Source: a virus (Duplodnaviria; Caudoviricetes). Taken from it: a stretch of 45,668 bases of DNA. How positions within the stretch are numbered: the stretch's first letter is position 1; each line of letters opens with the position of its first letter. A program made the translations under genes and the position numbers. The notes under the pieces were generated by a model that worked only from the letters and a program-made list of their open reading frames with translations, ran no database searches and was not told where the DNA came from. Location: positions 1-45,668 of IMG/VR virus record IMGVR_UViG_3300048998_000058, one strand, 5' to 3'. Shown piece after piece: positions 45,410 through 45,668 of the stretch.

Positions 45410-45668
45410 GCGGCGACCTTGCACTGCCCGACGGCGTTGCCCGGCCCGGCTGTGACCACGACATGAATCTCGAACTGCGCTATTACGGTTCGCTCGAAGT
45501 GACTATGGTTCTCGTGCAGCCGCACTATCGGTACGTGGAGTGTACCAACTGCCGCGCTAAGTGGACAATGCGTTGGAACCCGGTCGACGGTAAGTGGTTC
45601 ATCTGGCGCAACGACGAAACGCCGCTGGGTGCCAAGGTCGTCGAAGGCGAGTTCGTTGAGGTAACTGT
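45406..45668 (+). CDS. Partial hypothetical zinc-ribbon protein (runs off window end)
   Basis: GGAG RBS, ATGA overlap; open frame MSGDLAL...CDH...CTNC to the end of the window. Confidence 0.6.
   Translation, partial: MSGDLALPDGVARPGCDHDMNLELRYYGSLEVTMVLVQPHYRYVECTNCRAKWTMRWNPVDGKWFIWRNDETPLGAKVVEGEFVEVT

Noticed and set aside
1-45668. tRNA, integrase, repressor, ribonucleotide reductase, reverse transcriptase/DGR
   Set aside because: None recognisable by eye in ORFs or intergenic regions

Overview
The window is a nearly complete (~45.7 kb), circularly permuted genome of a tailed siphovirus whose gene content and order resemble the YuA/M6-like phages of Proteobacteria. No integrase or repressor is recognisable, so it is probably lytic. 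The + strand arm (42839-end, then 1-19525) carries primase-helicase, MazG-like, mini-DnaJ, many small early genes, dCMP deaminase, ATP-dependent ligase, SSB-like protein, family A DNA polymerase, Cas4-like exonuclease, VRR-NUC, SNF2 helicase, a DNA-modification cluster and a C5-methyltransferase-like gene. The - strand arm (42207 to 19597) carries the lysis cassette, terminase, portal, head, tail and receptor-binding genes. The arms diverge from an AT-rich, repeat-rich region (42360-42740, a probable origin) and converge on a bidirectional terminator (~19545-19577). The best candidate for a new system is a compact thymidine-hypermodification cassette: GT-A glycosyltransferase, 5-hmdU DNA kinase (aGPT-Pplase1), dUMP hydroxymethylase, HD nucleotidase and DUF3310. 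It lacks the amino-acid:DNA transferase, PLP and radical SAM genes of the characterised pathways, which suggests a glycosylated or phosphoglycosylated hydroxymethyluracil. A second unexplained signal is a genome-wide (GA)GGAGCGA(A) motif at ribosome-binding sites that is displayed as a hairpin loop in several copies. All family assignments come from motif recognition by eye; no database searches were run.
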